Assembly (NCBI GenBank): GCA_019058275.1
Contig: JAHLVW010000062.1
Location: 128,001 to 192,000, forward strand
Length of the DNA: 64,000 bases
Direction of reading: 5' to 3'
Source: Candidatus Heimdallarchaeota archaeon
GTDB lineage: Archaea; Asgardarchaeota; Heimdallarchaeia; JABLTI01
Shown here: positions 34,388 to 44,785 of the stretch, piece by piece
Layout: each line of letters starts with the position of its first letter
Position numbering within the stretch: position 1 is the stretch's first letter
Notes under the pieces: generated by a model
Told to the model about the DNA's origin: nothing
What the model saw: only the letters and a program-made list of their open reading frames with translations
The model's database searches: none
Translations under genes and position numbers: made by a program

Positions 34388-37049
34388 TTATCTCATTCTC
34401 TTCTTTCTTCTAGTTACAATAACAATTGCTAAAATACCTATTAGTAAAGCACCAGCTCCACCACCAATATAGGGTCCCCATTTGATCATAAAAGCAACGA
34501 AGACTTCCCATTGAGTTGGTGGATTGTAGACAGTATATAGGAAACCTAATTCCAAACTGTTACCAGCATTGTCAGCAATTGTGAAGATTACAACATAATT
34601 CGCGTTTTCGTATTCCTCTGTATTCCAGGTATAATTTACTGGAAAAGTAATCTCATCATACACAGAAGTTCCATTAATTGTTATTTCAAAGGATGCTATG
34701 TTACTTCCTAAATCATAACCTTCTGTAATATTGAATACTACTGTTCCACTTAGTGTTTCTGATTCTGATTGTGCATCTAACACTAGCATAGGATCTATGA
34801 AATCACCAACAACATAAGTAAATGGACTAATTTCTGAACCCAATTCAGTTGTAAATCCATAAATATCTTTAGCTTCGATGTAATAAGAACATATTACTCC
34901 AAATGCAGCAATCGGAATTGTACCAACGAATTTATTTGCGACAACAGACATTGGTGTTGAACCCCATGCGGAATCACCCATTTTGTAGTTTAGCTCAACT
35001 TCATCCAACAGGATGTTGTCATATACATCTACACTTACTTCTACAGTTCCATTATATGCAGGTTCAGCTGGATTTAATTCAAGATTTTCAATTGTAGGTC
35101 CTTCTATATCTCGAACGAAATATATGTCATCAAAGATTGTAGTCGCTACATCAGTTCCAGTAGCATAAGATCCTAACCTTATTTCTGTTATATTCCAATT
35201 ACCTGGACCAAAAGCCATAGTGACATCATCAGTTAGATTTCTAAATAGATTGTTCCAAGTTCCTATTTGATTATGATTTTCAACGAAATAGAAACAAGTA
35301 TTTGAAGAGTTGGACACAAGGTAGTTACTATTATTTCCTAAAACGTATCGAATATACTTGGTATTTTCAATTCGGAGACTTATATCTGAATATGCTAGAC
35401 TTCCTCCAGTATCAGTTAATTTATCTAGTCTCCACCAGAAATCAGTAAATAGATTATCAACTATAGGAAGATAACTTCTTCTCCAACTATAGACATTATT
35501 GAATCCACCATAAGAAGAAAGATTTGCAGCATATGTGCCAGTATAAGCATCTGTGGTAATATTCGCATAATCTGGATCATATGGTGTTAGCCAAAACCTA
35601 ATTGGATCAACAGGGTTGTATGAGAAGATTCCTTCAAAAGATGGATCTGAAAATGGATAAGTAGTTACCTTAAAATCATCCACTAGTAACTGTGGCTCTA
35701 ACTCTTCAGCATCAAAGCATCTTACGTAATAACCAACATAATAAGCTATTTGATTTGGCAAATCCAAGCTTGTCATTAATGTGTAGTAATCAATTTCGAA
35801 ATGACTCCAAGTATCTCGAACACCAAGATCATCCGCTGCTAAATAATATTGATAATAACTAGAAGAAGTATAGTTCCAGAAGGAAGTCATATCATCATTT
35901 TCATCTCCAAGAATAAAGTAATTTGTACCAGAATCTGTTTCATTTGCAGAATGGATATAGAAATAAGCATATTGCGTACCAAGACCTGCTAAATCAGAAT
36001 ATTTCCAATCAAAACTAAAAACAAGATCTCCAGGTTGATTACTGTAATAACCTTTAGGCGATATTTGCCAACCATCATAGATTTCTTTTTCAGCACGTGC
36101 ATATGATTCAGAATAATCGTGAGGTGTTCCAGCAGTCATATTCATAGCACTAGATCCTTGGGTATAATCATCATCTGTAATGTAAACAGAACCTGGACCG
36201 GTATCATAATCACTCCACTCATTAGAGTTCCCGTCTTCAAAATCACCATTTACATTAAAAAGATAATCAAAACCAGTATCATTAGTACATTTAACATTAT
36301 CGAATAGTAAAATTGTATCTCCTACTGAACTTCGTACTGATGTACAATAGAAATACATTTGCCTAATATTTGATATCGATAGATCAGCACTATTACTAAA
36401 TGAATCTTCAAAATCTTTTGTGATATTTCTTACAACATTTGTCCAAGTATTTAATGATCCTCGAATATCAATATGTACTTGATAAGGATAATTTGTTGGC
36501 ATACCACTTACTCTAGAAAGGTAGTAATACAGATAATGATTTCCAACATCCGTTTCGAATACTATATAAAAGTAGATCTCAGCACCCAGAGCATGATCAG
36601 GATTTGCTTTTGCATTATACCAGAAATCCAATGTTATTTTCTCATCGAGATACGATCTTTCTGGAATATTTAGGAACCATTTTGAATCAGATATTTGGGA
36701 ACCCCATTGTTCTGTTCCTCGAGAACTAACATATGCTCCATAACTTCCAGAATGTACTTCATCTTGATATGAATGATTAGCATGGTTATATCCAGAACCT
36801 GAAGGATAAAATGCAGTTGGTTCACCATATACACCATCTTCTTCTAATCCGCCATCTTCAAACACATTTGTTTTTATTCTTTCAGTTCCTCCAACATCTG
36901 CTGTAATAGGATCAATTGCTGGTTGGACAGCTGTTTGAATTGGTTGAGATGTTAGACTACTAAAAGTAGCTTTGCTTTGATTGAAAAATTAATATCTGTG
37001 TTAGAAACAAAGCTAGAAATAGAATTATAAAGGATTTTCTTTTAAACAT
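34388..37049 (-). CDS. Large secreted membrane-anchored protein with repeated carbohydrate-binding-like domains; signal-peptide exon frameshifted
   Basis: Three NGDFE/DPSFE-type repeats, Ig-like C-terminal part, TM + RRKKR; ATG 37049 (MFKRKSFIILFLAL) is out of frame with ORF 36865. Confidence 0.6.
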
Positions 37050-37145
37050 AAAATTTTCTCCTTTAAAGAACATTTAATCTAAATTGCTTTAGTTCGAAAC
37101 TAATCTATAAATAATATGCAAAAATAATCTATTTTGTAAAAAAAA

Positions 37146-37169
37146 TGAAAAAAAGGAGGTTTTCCTCCT
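37146..37169 (-). terminator. Intrinsic-type terminator after AOR-SCP2
   Basis: Minus strand AGGAGG-AAAA-CCTCCT then TTTTTT. Confidence 0.65.
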
Positions 37170-37188
37170 CTCATCATTCTTTTTGATT

Positions 37189-39549
37189 TCAGAATTCTAA
37201 TTTCATACCAATTTTGCTAAAGAATAATCCAAAGAAATTCGCAATTACTCGAGCCTTTCCTAGTGGTTTTACTTTTATTCTTCCAGTTAAAACAGCTCTT
37301 CGTATGTTTACATCCATATTCAATAGTCTCATCAGAAATGTTTTGTTTTTGAATACAAGAGTTAACGTTGGGCTTTCTATCTGTCCTCGACCAATAGTAT
37401 ATTTCCCGTGGTCTATATGTATCCATGACCAATCTTCTTCTGGTGAATCTGCTACTTCAAAGAGTATTCTTTCATCCGCAACTTCAAATTCTAAAAAGAA
37501 ATCAGGTTCGTTATTGGCAAACAATATTACGTAATCTAAATATGGAAAAACTTCATCCCATTGTAATGCTTTTGCTTCAATTTTGGGAACATATATGTTC
37601 TTTAATCTATCAATTTCCTGTTGAACTTCTTCTGATGTTTTTAGATCGACAGTTGTTGCTATATCTTCTCCTTTGCCTATAATACCTAGCTCTTTTAGTT
37701 TCGCTTCTGTAGGATAACCTGTTTTCCAATCCCATCCTCTGTGTCTGTAATATGTTTTCAAATTGTCTTCTAAGTTTAATTTCAATCCAGCAGTTTTTCC
37801 AGAGCTAAGAACTTTAAGTACATGTTTTGGAAGTTTATCATCTTCTCGAGTAATTCCCATTTTGCATGAAATTACTCTCTTTAAATTGAAGATCCGTTCA
37901 CCAGTTTGCATTAGTTTTCTAGGAGTGTAATGAATACCAGATGCATAAGTTATGTACTTGGCTATTTCTGATACTTTTGATGGTTGATGAAAATTACAAT
38001 TCACAGCTGAATCATCGATTCCTCGTAGATCTTGGAGATGCATGACTCCCTTCTCTCTTCCAGTTATATCATGATTATCTCCATTTATAATATCAAATTC
38101 TGGTGCTTCGAATCCAAAGATTTCTGTTTGAAACCAATCTCCTTTTTCATGGTTTGCTCCACAACAAGCTGTCATATACGACAATGCTTGTCCTGCGTAT
38201 GCTCGAGGGTCATGCATTGGAACCTCAAGACCTTTAACATGAGCTGCTAGTTCTGGGTCAACACCCCATTTTTCAGCCATTCTCTTTACTCCCTCAGCAA
38301 TTACATCACCTATGCCATCTCTAAGAGCTATTTTTTTGATTAGTTTGCAAACTAGTTCCCCATTACCCCAATCAATTTCTTCTAGCTTAATATCTATCAG
38401 TGATTTCTTTATTGCATCAATGGCGATTTTTTCTTTTACAAGGTAGATAAGAAAAGCAATAGAAACTCCACCAGAGATAGTGTCAAATCCATAGATGTTT
38501 GCTAAATGACCCGCTTTTGCTACATATTCTCGACTGAATAATCCACATAAAGGACCGAAGGATGCAACAGTTTCAAATTCTGGACCATCGGTTACAATCT
38601 CTTTTGAATCCTCAACAATTACTGTATGCTTAGCACATTTTATAGTGCAACCTGCACATCCCGAAGTGAAAACTGGCATATGTTCTTTTATTGTTTTTTC
38701 AGTAAGGATTTCTGCTGGAAATTCTGCTTCGGTGAAATAATAAGCTGGAACATCTCCAGCAAACATACCCATATCCATGTAAAGATTAGTTCCATAGAGA
38801 TATTGCATTATAGGTAGAAGTTGAGATAGTTGTTCTTTTTCTTCATTGATTTTATCTCGCAATTCTTTCATTGCTTTTTTATCTTGTCCAGTAATTTTAC
38901 TATGCTTTTGTATAGCTATAGCCTTGAGTTTCTTGGAACCCATTATTGCTCCTAAACCACATCTTCCTTGTGCTCTTCCCTCATCATTTAGAATACAAGC
39001 ATATTTGACAAGATTTTCAGCAGCGGGACCTATGCCTGCAACTCTTAGTCCTTTAACTCCTACTTGTTCTTTGATTGTTTCCTGGGTTTCATAGGTTCCT
39101 TTACCCCAGAGTTTGGAAGCATCTTTAAATTTAATCTCACCATTTTCTATGAGAATGTAACATGGTTTCTCTGATTTCCCAGTAATAACTAACGCATCAT
39201 AACCAGATTTTCGCAAATTAATACAGAAGAATCCTCCACTTGTTCCTTCTCCCCAATGATTTGTGAGGGGAGAGATACCTGACACTGAATATCGTCCTGA
39301 AGCAGGACGAAGACTTCCTGTAACCGGTCCAGTTGCAAATACAATTGGATTTATTGGATGGAAAACATCCTTCTTTAGTGTTTTATAGTCTTCTTCAGAT
39401 AATGAATCATAGATTAGCTTTGCACTTAATCCAGTACCACCAATATAATCTTCTGCAATTTCTGGATCTAATGTTTTTATAACAACTTCTTTCTTTGTTA
39501 GATCAATATAAGCTATTTTTCCATTGTAACCTGTCATTGTTTCAGTCAT
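37189..39549 (-). CDS. aor: Aldehyde:ferredoxin oxidoreductase fused to a C-terminal SCP2 (sterol carrier)-like domain
   Basis: AOR motifs (SPLT, GRCGLGAIMGSKKLKAI, CAGCTIKC, GPEFET, HDPR, DDKLP) plus a tail WIHIDHGKYTIGRG..PTLTL...LL...A.LTGRIKV. Confidence 0.85.
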   Translation of the reverse strand: MTETMTGYNGKIAYIDLTKKEVVIKTLDPEIAEDYIGGTGLSAKLIYDSLSEEDYKTLKKDVFHPINPIVFATGPVTGSLRPASGRYSVSGISPLTNHWGEGTSGGFFCINLRKSGYDALVITGKSEKPCYILIENGEIKFKDASKLWGKGTYETQETIKEQVGVKGLRVAGIGPAAENLVKYACILNDEGRAQGRCGLGAIMGSKKLKAIAIQKHSKITGQDKKAMKELRDKINEEKEQLSQLLPIMQYLYGTNLYMDMGMFAGDVPAYYFTEAEFPAEILTEKTIKEHMPVFTSGCAGCTIKCAKHTVIVEDSKEIVTDGPEFETVASFGPLCGLFSREYVAKAGHLANIYGFDTISGGVSIAFLIYLVKEKIAIDAIKKSLIDIKLEEIDWGNGELVCKLIKKIALRDGIGDVIAEGVKRMAEKWGVDPELAAHVKGLEVPMHDPRAYAGQALSYMTACCGANHEKGDWFQTEIFGFEAPEFDIINGDNHDITGREKGVMHLQDLRGIDDSAVNCNFHQPSKVSEIAKYITYASGIHYTPRKLMQTGERIFNLKRVISCKMGITREDDKLPKHVLKVLSSGKTAGLKLNLEDNLKTYYRHRGWDWKTGYPTEAKLKELGIIGKGEDIATTVDLKTSEEVQQEIDRLKNIYVPKIEAKALQWDEVFPYLDYVILFANNEPDFFLEFEVADERILFEVADSPEEDWSWIHIDHGKYTIGRGQIESPTLTLVFKNKTFLMRLLNMDVNIRRAVLTGRIKVKPLGKARVIANFFGLFFSKIGMKLEF

Positions 39550-39561
39550 TTTTTCCCACTC

Positions 39562-40872
39562 CTAATATACCAGCTTCTCCCCATCCCAAGCAGCTTCAAA
39601 CATCCGCCTATAGTCTTTTTCCGATACTGGACGGTAAGAAGTTAAAGTACAAACATCTTCCTTTGCATATTTAGCAAGAATGTCTAACTTGCTCATATAA
39701 TCTACTTTGCTAATTTTTGGGTTATCTAATTCTTTAACCGATGCAACTCCTCCAACAGAACGTTGAAAATCTTGTATAGCAGCGATTAGTGCTTCAAGTA
39801 ATTCCTGCCTTGTGGAATATTTCTCTTTAGAGACACCAAATAATGTACATAACTCAAGCCATTTTTCAGTTACCTTTGCTTGCCAAGCAACTGATTGTGC
39901 TGAAAGCATTCCTACTGATAAACCATGATGCACATGCATAACTGCACCAAAGCTATGACCTAGAGCATGTTCAATACCTGGCATTGCATTATTGAATCCC
40001 ATACCTGCATATGTTGCTGCCCATTGCATGTGTTCCAATGCTTCAAGATCTTTAGTTCCATATTTTACCAATCGAGGTAGATATTGAAGGACTTCCTTTA
40101 TAGCTACAATATTTATGGCATCTGATAGAGGAGTACCCCAATTCGATGTAATCGCTCCAATGCTGTGTGCTAATGCGTCTAAACCTGTTGCCATAATTAA
40201 AAATGGAGGTAATGTTTCAACAAATTGAGTGTCTAAAATAACATAATCAGGTAATGTTTCATCAACTGACAAACTTATTTTTTTCGGTGGGGTTCGTCTA
40301 GTATCTGTTATTATTGATGCTGTTGTTACTTCACTTCCTGTACCAATAGTGGTGGGAATTGCAACTAAAGCTTTTACTTTTCTCCTTAATCCAACAGCAT
40401 TATCAAGAATATCAATCTGTAGTAAATTTATTCCTGGTCTTTCATAAACAATCCATAGTGCTTTAGTAGCATCTAGAACAGACCCACCACCCACAGCAAG
40501 GAAAACATTTGGTTTAAATTTATTACAGATTTGAATTCCTTCATCAAGAATATCTAATGGAACTTCTGGCTGTACTCCACTCCAGATTTCAATTTCAAAC
40601 CCATGATTCTCAAAAACTCCTGCAATTCTATTATAAAATGTTTTTGTGAAAGAGTCAGCAATAATTAAGAGTCGTTTATCTCCTTCATCAAATCGTTTGC
40701 CTAGTTCTGTTGCAACATTAAGTAAACCTGTTTTACCACCAAAAATTCGGTTACCGTTGAACGTATTCATTATCCCTCTCATTGCTCTTGCCCCCATAAG
40801 TCCTACTACATCATTTAGAGCGGGACTTTCGTACCATGGTATTTCAAAATCCTCTTTAGTCATAAAAACCAC
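39562..40872 (-). CDS. Iron-containing alcohol dehydrogenase
   Basis: GGGSVLD, PTTIGTGSEVT, GLDALAH, HALGH, HHG. Confidence 0.9.
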   Translation of the reverse strand: MVFMTKEDFEIPWYESPALNDVVGLMGARAMRGIMNTFNGNRIFGGKTGLLNVATELGKRFDEGDKRLLIIADSFTKTFYNRIAGVFENHGFEIEIWSGVQPEVPLDILDEGIQICNKFKPNVFLAVGGGSVLDATKALWIVYERPGINLLQIDILDNAVGLRRKVKALVAIPTTIGTGSEVTTASIITDTRRTPPKKISLSVDETLPDYVILDTQFVETLPPFLIMATGLDALAHSIGAITSNWGTPLSDAINIVAIKEVLQYLPRLVKYGTKDLEALEHMQWAATYAGMGFNNAMPGIEHALGHSFGAVMHVHHGLSVGMLSAQSVAWQAKVTEKWLELCTLFGVSKEKYSTRQELLEALIAAIQDFQRSVGGVASVKELDNPKISKVDYMSKLDILAKYAKEDVCTLTSYRPVSEKDYRRMFEAAWDGEKLVY

Positions 40873-40981
40873 ATCAATTTTTTTGAATCTAAATTAATTG
40901 AGTTTCATTCTTTATAAAATTTCATCATGTAAAAGATGAATTTGTTATGAAATTGCTTAAAAGGACTAAGAAATTAGATTC

Positions 40982-42316
40982 TTAATTTGTTTCTATTTTG
41001 ATTTTTAGACCAAGTTCATTTAAATTCCTAAAGAATAGCTTCTCAACAGTTGATTCTTTAACAGTTCTACCAAAATTAATTACTAGTTTATCACCAAAAC
41101 TAACAACTGCACAACTAGAAGTAATGTTTGTACTTGGGGCTAATACCAATTCAAAGTTTTCAATTTCATCAGAAAATTCCTTTGGCATTGTCACCTTTCC
41201 CATGTTACTTAATTTTCCAGAAAATTGTTGTTCACCAAATCTATTATACAAGAATCCAGCAATTAATTGTTTTGCGAATAATGGTGCAGTCCTAATAATT
41301 GGGAATTGTTCACTACGGACATTCTGGGAAATGTGCTGATTAAGTTGTTTTTTACCAATTTCTTTTCGCATGGAATGATGCACTTGACTTAAGACTTCAT
41401 TGAAACTATGCCAACCTAATCTTGGATCAACTTCAGGTGCTATCATGAAAGTAAAATTCCTCATTGTTTTGGTAGGAAAGATTTTTCTTAAATTTACAGG
41501 AACAGCTATCCTTATTGGTTTCATATGGTTTTTTTGAATATCTGCTGGCAAACTAAATAAGATAGTTTGAAGTGAATCAAGATAAATAGTTGTTAATAAG
41601 TCAGTCATAGTGACTTTTTTCTCTCGAGATACTTTCAGTAGATCCGAAACAGACATTATTCCAGTCGTTACATGAAAGACTCTTTTTTTCTCGTGAGTAA
41701 AAGGTGGTTTGAAAGCAACACTTTTTGTCTTTGTGGAAGGATTCTCTTTTCGATAATTTTTCTTATATGCATAGTCATATTCAGAAGGGTCAGGTGTTTG
41801 GTTTATTCGAAAAATATCTTCCCAATCATTTGAATCTACACCTCGTAAGTGTAAATATTCAGCGACCAATGCTTTCAGAAAAGTTATTGCTCCAGTTCCA
41901 TCTGTTAAGCTATGATGAAATTCTACTGCTACTCTATTAAAATAAGCTCTTACTCTAAATGGAAAAACTCCTCGGTCATAAATTGGTAGTTTTTGACAGG
42001 GATATTTTGATTCTGCAACGATTTTAGGATCATTTGGGTTCTTCTCCCAATAATAATTGAACACACCAGTTCTAAGATGGACATCAAAATAGGGAAATCT
42101 AACCATAATACGATTCAAAGCAGTTTGAAGATCCTTAACATTAATTCGTTGTTTAAGTGTACAAGACATTCTGAAAATACTTGGGGACTTGTCTGAACTA
42201 AGCATACTAAAAATACTGGCAGCATTATCAAGTTTATACCAATTGAAAGGCCTCTTCATTCCATCAAAAAACTTAGGAGTAAAGTTTCTCGAATAGTCCT
42301 GTGCTACATCAGTCAT
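40982..42316 (-). CDS. Alcohol acetyltransferase / condensation-like acyltransferase
   Basis: WYKLDNAA, FHHSLTDGTG (HHxxxDG), VPVNLR, LSNMG. Confidence 0.8.
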   Translation of the reverse strand: MTDVAQDYSRNFTPKFFDGMKRPFNWYKLDNAASIFSMLSSDKSPSIFRMSCTLKQRINVKDLQTALNRIMVRFPYFDVHLRTGVFNYYWEKNPNDPKIVAESKYPCQKLPIYDRGVFPFRVRAYFNRVAVEFHHSLTDGTGAITFLKALVAEYLHLRGVDSNDWEDIFRINQTPDPSEYDYAYKKNYRKENPSTKTKSVAFKPPFTHEKKRVFHVTTGIMSVSDLLKVSREKKVTMTDLLTTIYLDSLQTILFSLPADIQKNHMKPIRIAVPVNLRKIFPTKTMRNFTFMIAPEVDPRLGWHSFNEVLSQVHHSMRKEIGKKQLNQHISQNVRSEQFPIIRTAPLFAKQLIAGFLYNRFGEQQFSGKLSNMGKVTMPKEFSDEIENFELVLAPSTNITSSCAVVSFGDKLVINFGRTVKESTVEKLFFRNLNELGLKIKIETN

Positions 42317-42413
42317 TGTTAAAAACTACTTGTAATCTAAGAACGACTGAACGTTAACATTGTCAAAAATAAACCTTTGCATTTCGAACATTTATGCACA
42401 TTAGCTGTAAATT

Positions 42414-42779
42414 TTATTCCAAAATTACTACATCATCTAATCGTTTGATCAACCATACACCTAATGGAAATCCAATTATTAGTAATGCACAAGCACTTGC
42501 TAAAATAATAACTGCTAATCCTAACCACCAACCAACTAGATAAAACCAAATTACTCCCAATATTAAGCGTTGACCTGTTTTCCAAGTTAATTCCGGATCA
42601 CGTTCTAATGAAAATACAAATTCTAATTTATCTAGTAACAAAAAACCTACAGGAGCAGTTATGGTTAATGCAACAAGTAGTATACCAATAATATACCAAA
42701 TGATAGAAACCCACCACCCAATTAGAATAGTCCAGAATATTCGAACTATCAAATTAGCCACAATATCTTCCAATTTCAA
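42414..42779 (-). CDS. YccF-domain membrane protein
   Basis: Duplicated IxWxxLxGWW...I.G.PLG hairpin repeats. Confidence 0.7.
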   Translation of the reverse strand: MKLEDIVANLIVRIFWTILIGWWVSIIWYIIGILLVALTITAPVGFLLLDKLEFVFSLERDPELTWKTGQRLILGVIWFYLVGWWLGLAVIILASACALLIIGFPLGVWLIKRLDDVVILE

Positions 42780-42843
42780 ACCCCAAAATAAGGATAGATT
42801 ACTATACTAATAATAATATTGGATAAAAGGAAAAGTTGGAGAT

Positions 42844-43236
42844 TTATTCTCCTGCTCTGCCATATATAAAACCCGGTGCACACCAACTACTTTTTTCATC
42901 CATTAACCAAGCGTTAAGTGAATCTTTTTCATAGACCACTACATCATTGACAATAAGCTTGATTTTCTCAATGCACCAATCATCATCTTTTCCAGTATAA
43001 GTTTTCTTACGAAAACAGAGGTATTGAAAATTTGAAGAATCAAAGTTCTCTGGTATATCTAATTCAAAAACATCTGTTTTTCCTTTTTCAAATTCATCAT
43101 ATTTTGGTATGTCTAATTGCCACTTATGACCACCAACATATAATTCCACAGGATTGTCGGTGTCACTTCTTCTTTCTTTACAAGTAGTTATTTCGATAAC
43201 TATTTTCTCAATTTTCTCATATTTTTGATCGGACAA
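42844..43236 (-). CDS. Stand-alone PLAT/LH2 domain protein
   Basis: IEITT...DTDNPVELYVGG, FEKGKTDVFEL, DWCIEKIKL, NAWL match the PLAT consensus (GTDa.V.i.l.G; FErG..D.F; W.l..v; WL). Confidence 0.7.
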   Translation of the reverse strand: MSDQKYEKIEKIVIEITTCKERRSDTDNPVELYVGGHKWQLDIPKYDEFEKGKTDVFELDIPENFDSSNFQYLCFRKKTYTGKDDDWCIEKIKLIVNDVVVYEKDSLNAWLMDEKSSWCAPGFIYGRAGE

Positions 43237-43356
43237 AATTACACCTGCATTTAATAGATGAAGTAAAGTAAAACCTTTTGCTATAAATTAGTATGCCATT
43301 AGATAAATTAGGGAACAATTCTCTGAGCTTTATAAAACCATCCTGGAGCAAGATGT

Positions 43357-43562
43357 GACGGTTTCTCTGATGGTAATGAATGCAATTATGGAACGGATCC
43401 AACAGATCCAAATGATTTTCCATTTACTGCTACCCCCACTCCAAACCAACAAACACTACAACGAAGGAAACTGGTTACAAAGGTGGATTAATCGCAGGTT
43501 TCTCCTTAATAACTATGATAACTTTTGTAGTATTAATAGCAGATCAACGAAGAAAAAGATAA
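43357..43562 (+). pseudogene. Orphan remnant of the Ca-repeat/PT-linker/TM anchor module
   Basis: DGFSDGNECNYGTDPTDPND.../frameshift/TNTTTKETGYKGGLIAGFSLITMITFVVLIADQRRKR*; no start codon. Confidence 0.8.
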
Positions 43563-43614
43563 ACAGATCAATGAAATACACTAGTATTTTTACTAGGCAG
43601 TTTCATTTTCTTTT

Positions 43615-44250
43615 TTATTTAGAACAACATTCCTCGATTTCTTTGACAATATCTGTATCTAAAACTAATGCTAGCCATCCAACATATTCAATCAAGCTAT
43701 CAATTAAATCCCAATTTAGTTTTCCTAGTTTCTCGAGTGTTTTTTTGTTAGCGTTTTCAAATATATCAATTATCAGTCTGTTATTTTCAATAGTTAATTT
43801 GTTGATTAATTCACCTACTGCAGAAGAAGTCAATTTTGTACCGAATTTCTGTTCAAGTAATTCTTGTACAATTTCATTGAATAATTGCATTTCTTTTTCC
43901 GGTAGCTTTTTCTTTTCATGTCCAAGATATCTTTTCAAGAAAATCTTTGCAGTTCTTATGTATATTGTTTCACTTAGTAGCTCATCTGCTCCTTTTGAGG
44001 TTATTCTTTTTCCTGCTTTTGCAACAAAACCGTTCTCAATAAGCTCTTTTAGATAACGATAGATTGACTTATCTGATTTACTAACTCCACTTTTCTCAAA
44101 ATCTTCTACTAATTCTTTTACTGTTCTTGGACCTTGTCTTAGGAATTTTATTATATACTTATAGTTTTCTTCGCTATAGACTAGATCTACTTGCTCTTGT
44201 GTTAGTATGTTTACTATTGTCTGTTTGTAGGTTATTACATCTTGACTCAT
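43615..44250 (-). CDS. Winged-helix (ArsR-like) transcriptional regulator, paralog R1
   Basis: IIKFLRQGPRTVKEL...KSDKSIYRYLKELIENGFV; helical C-domain ending in CC; GGTGA SD. Confidence 0.8.
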   Translation of the reverse strand: MSQDVITYKQTIVNILTQEQVDLVYSEENYKYIIKFLRQGPRTVKELVEDFEKSGVSKSDKSIYRYLKELIENGFVAKAGKRITSKGADELLSETIYIRTAKIFLKRYLGHEKKKLPEKEMQLFNEIVQELLEQKFGTKLTSSAVGELINKLTIENNRLIIDIFENANKKTLEKLGKLNWDLIDSLIEYVGWLALVLDTDIVKEIEECCSK

Positions 44251-44378
44251 TCCAATTCACCACTTTGTTTTTTTCTCATTCTTTGTTTCACTCATTCTCA
44301 ATATAATATATATCATTCTCATATATTTAAATATTGTTCTTGCATTGTAATATTTAATTCTAATACTATGATATATAT

Positions 44379-44420
44379 TTCTCATTTTTTGAGAAACACT
44401 TATATATAAGTATGAGAATA
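44379..44420 (+). promoter_or_regulatory. Operator/promoter P-A
   Basis: TTCTCA-N5-TGAGAA-acac-TTATATA-taagta-TGAGAATA. Confidence 0.75.
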
Positions 44421-44452
44421 GCATCTTAAAAAACAAGACGGAGAAATAAAAA

Positions 44453-44550
44453 ATGAGACAAAAACTCTATCACAAAAAACAATTAAAGATCAAATCAAAA
44501 AATACCATAATAAAGTTAGAATGGATTTTGCATTAGTTTATGGTCGTTAA
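44453..44550 (+). CDS. Small peptide A (about 32 aa; needs +1 nt in the A-run after codon 4)
   Basis: GGAG SD, ATG 44453; restoring one A gives MRQKTLSQKTIKDQIKKYHNKVRMDFALVYGR*; a hairpin overlaps the stop. Confidence 0.55.
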
Positions 44551-44785
44551 ATCGGTTTCGATTTTAACGATCAAACTATTTCTTTAATATTCGTTCTTGC
44601 TTTTTTTATGTACTAATTTTAGCAAGTTTTCTGATAGTCTTCATCAACATTTTGCCTAGAATTATTTAATTTCAGATATCAGTTACTAATTTGCCTATTG
44701 ATGTGGTACGGGTAATTGTTGAAGAATATCTTGAATTTGATATCATAAATGATTATATTCATTTTAACTTAGTGAATTTTTTTTC

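Noticed and set aside
43355-44056. 233-aa plus-strand ORF
   Set aside because: Wrong-frame read of the anchor remnant joined to the antisense of regulator R1
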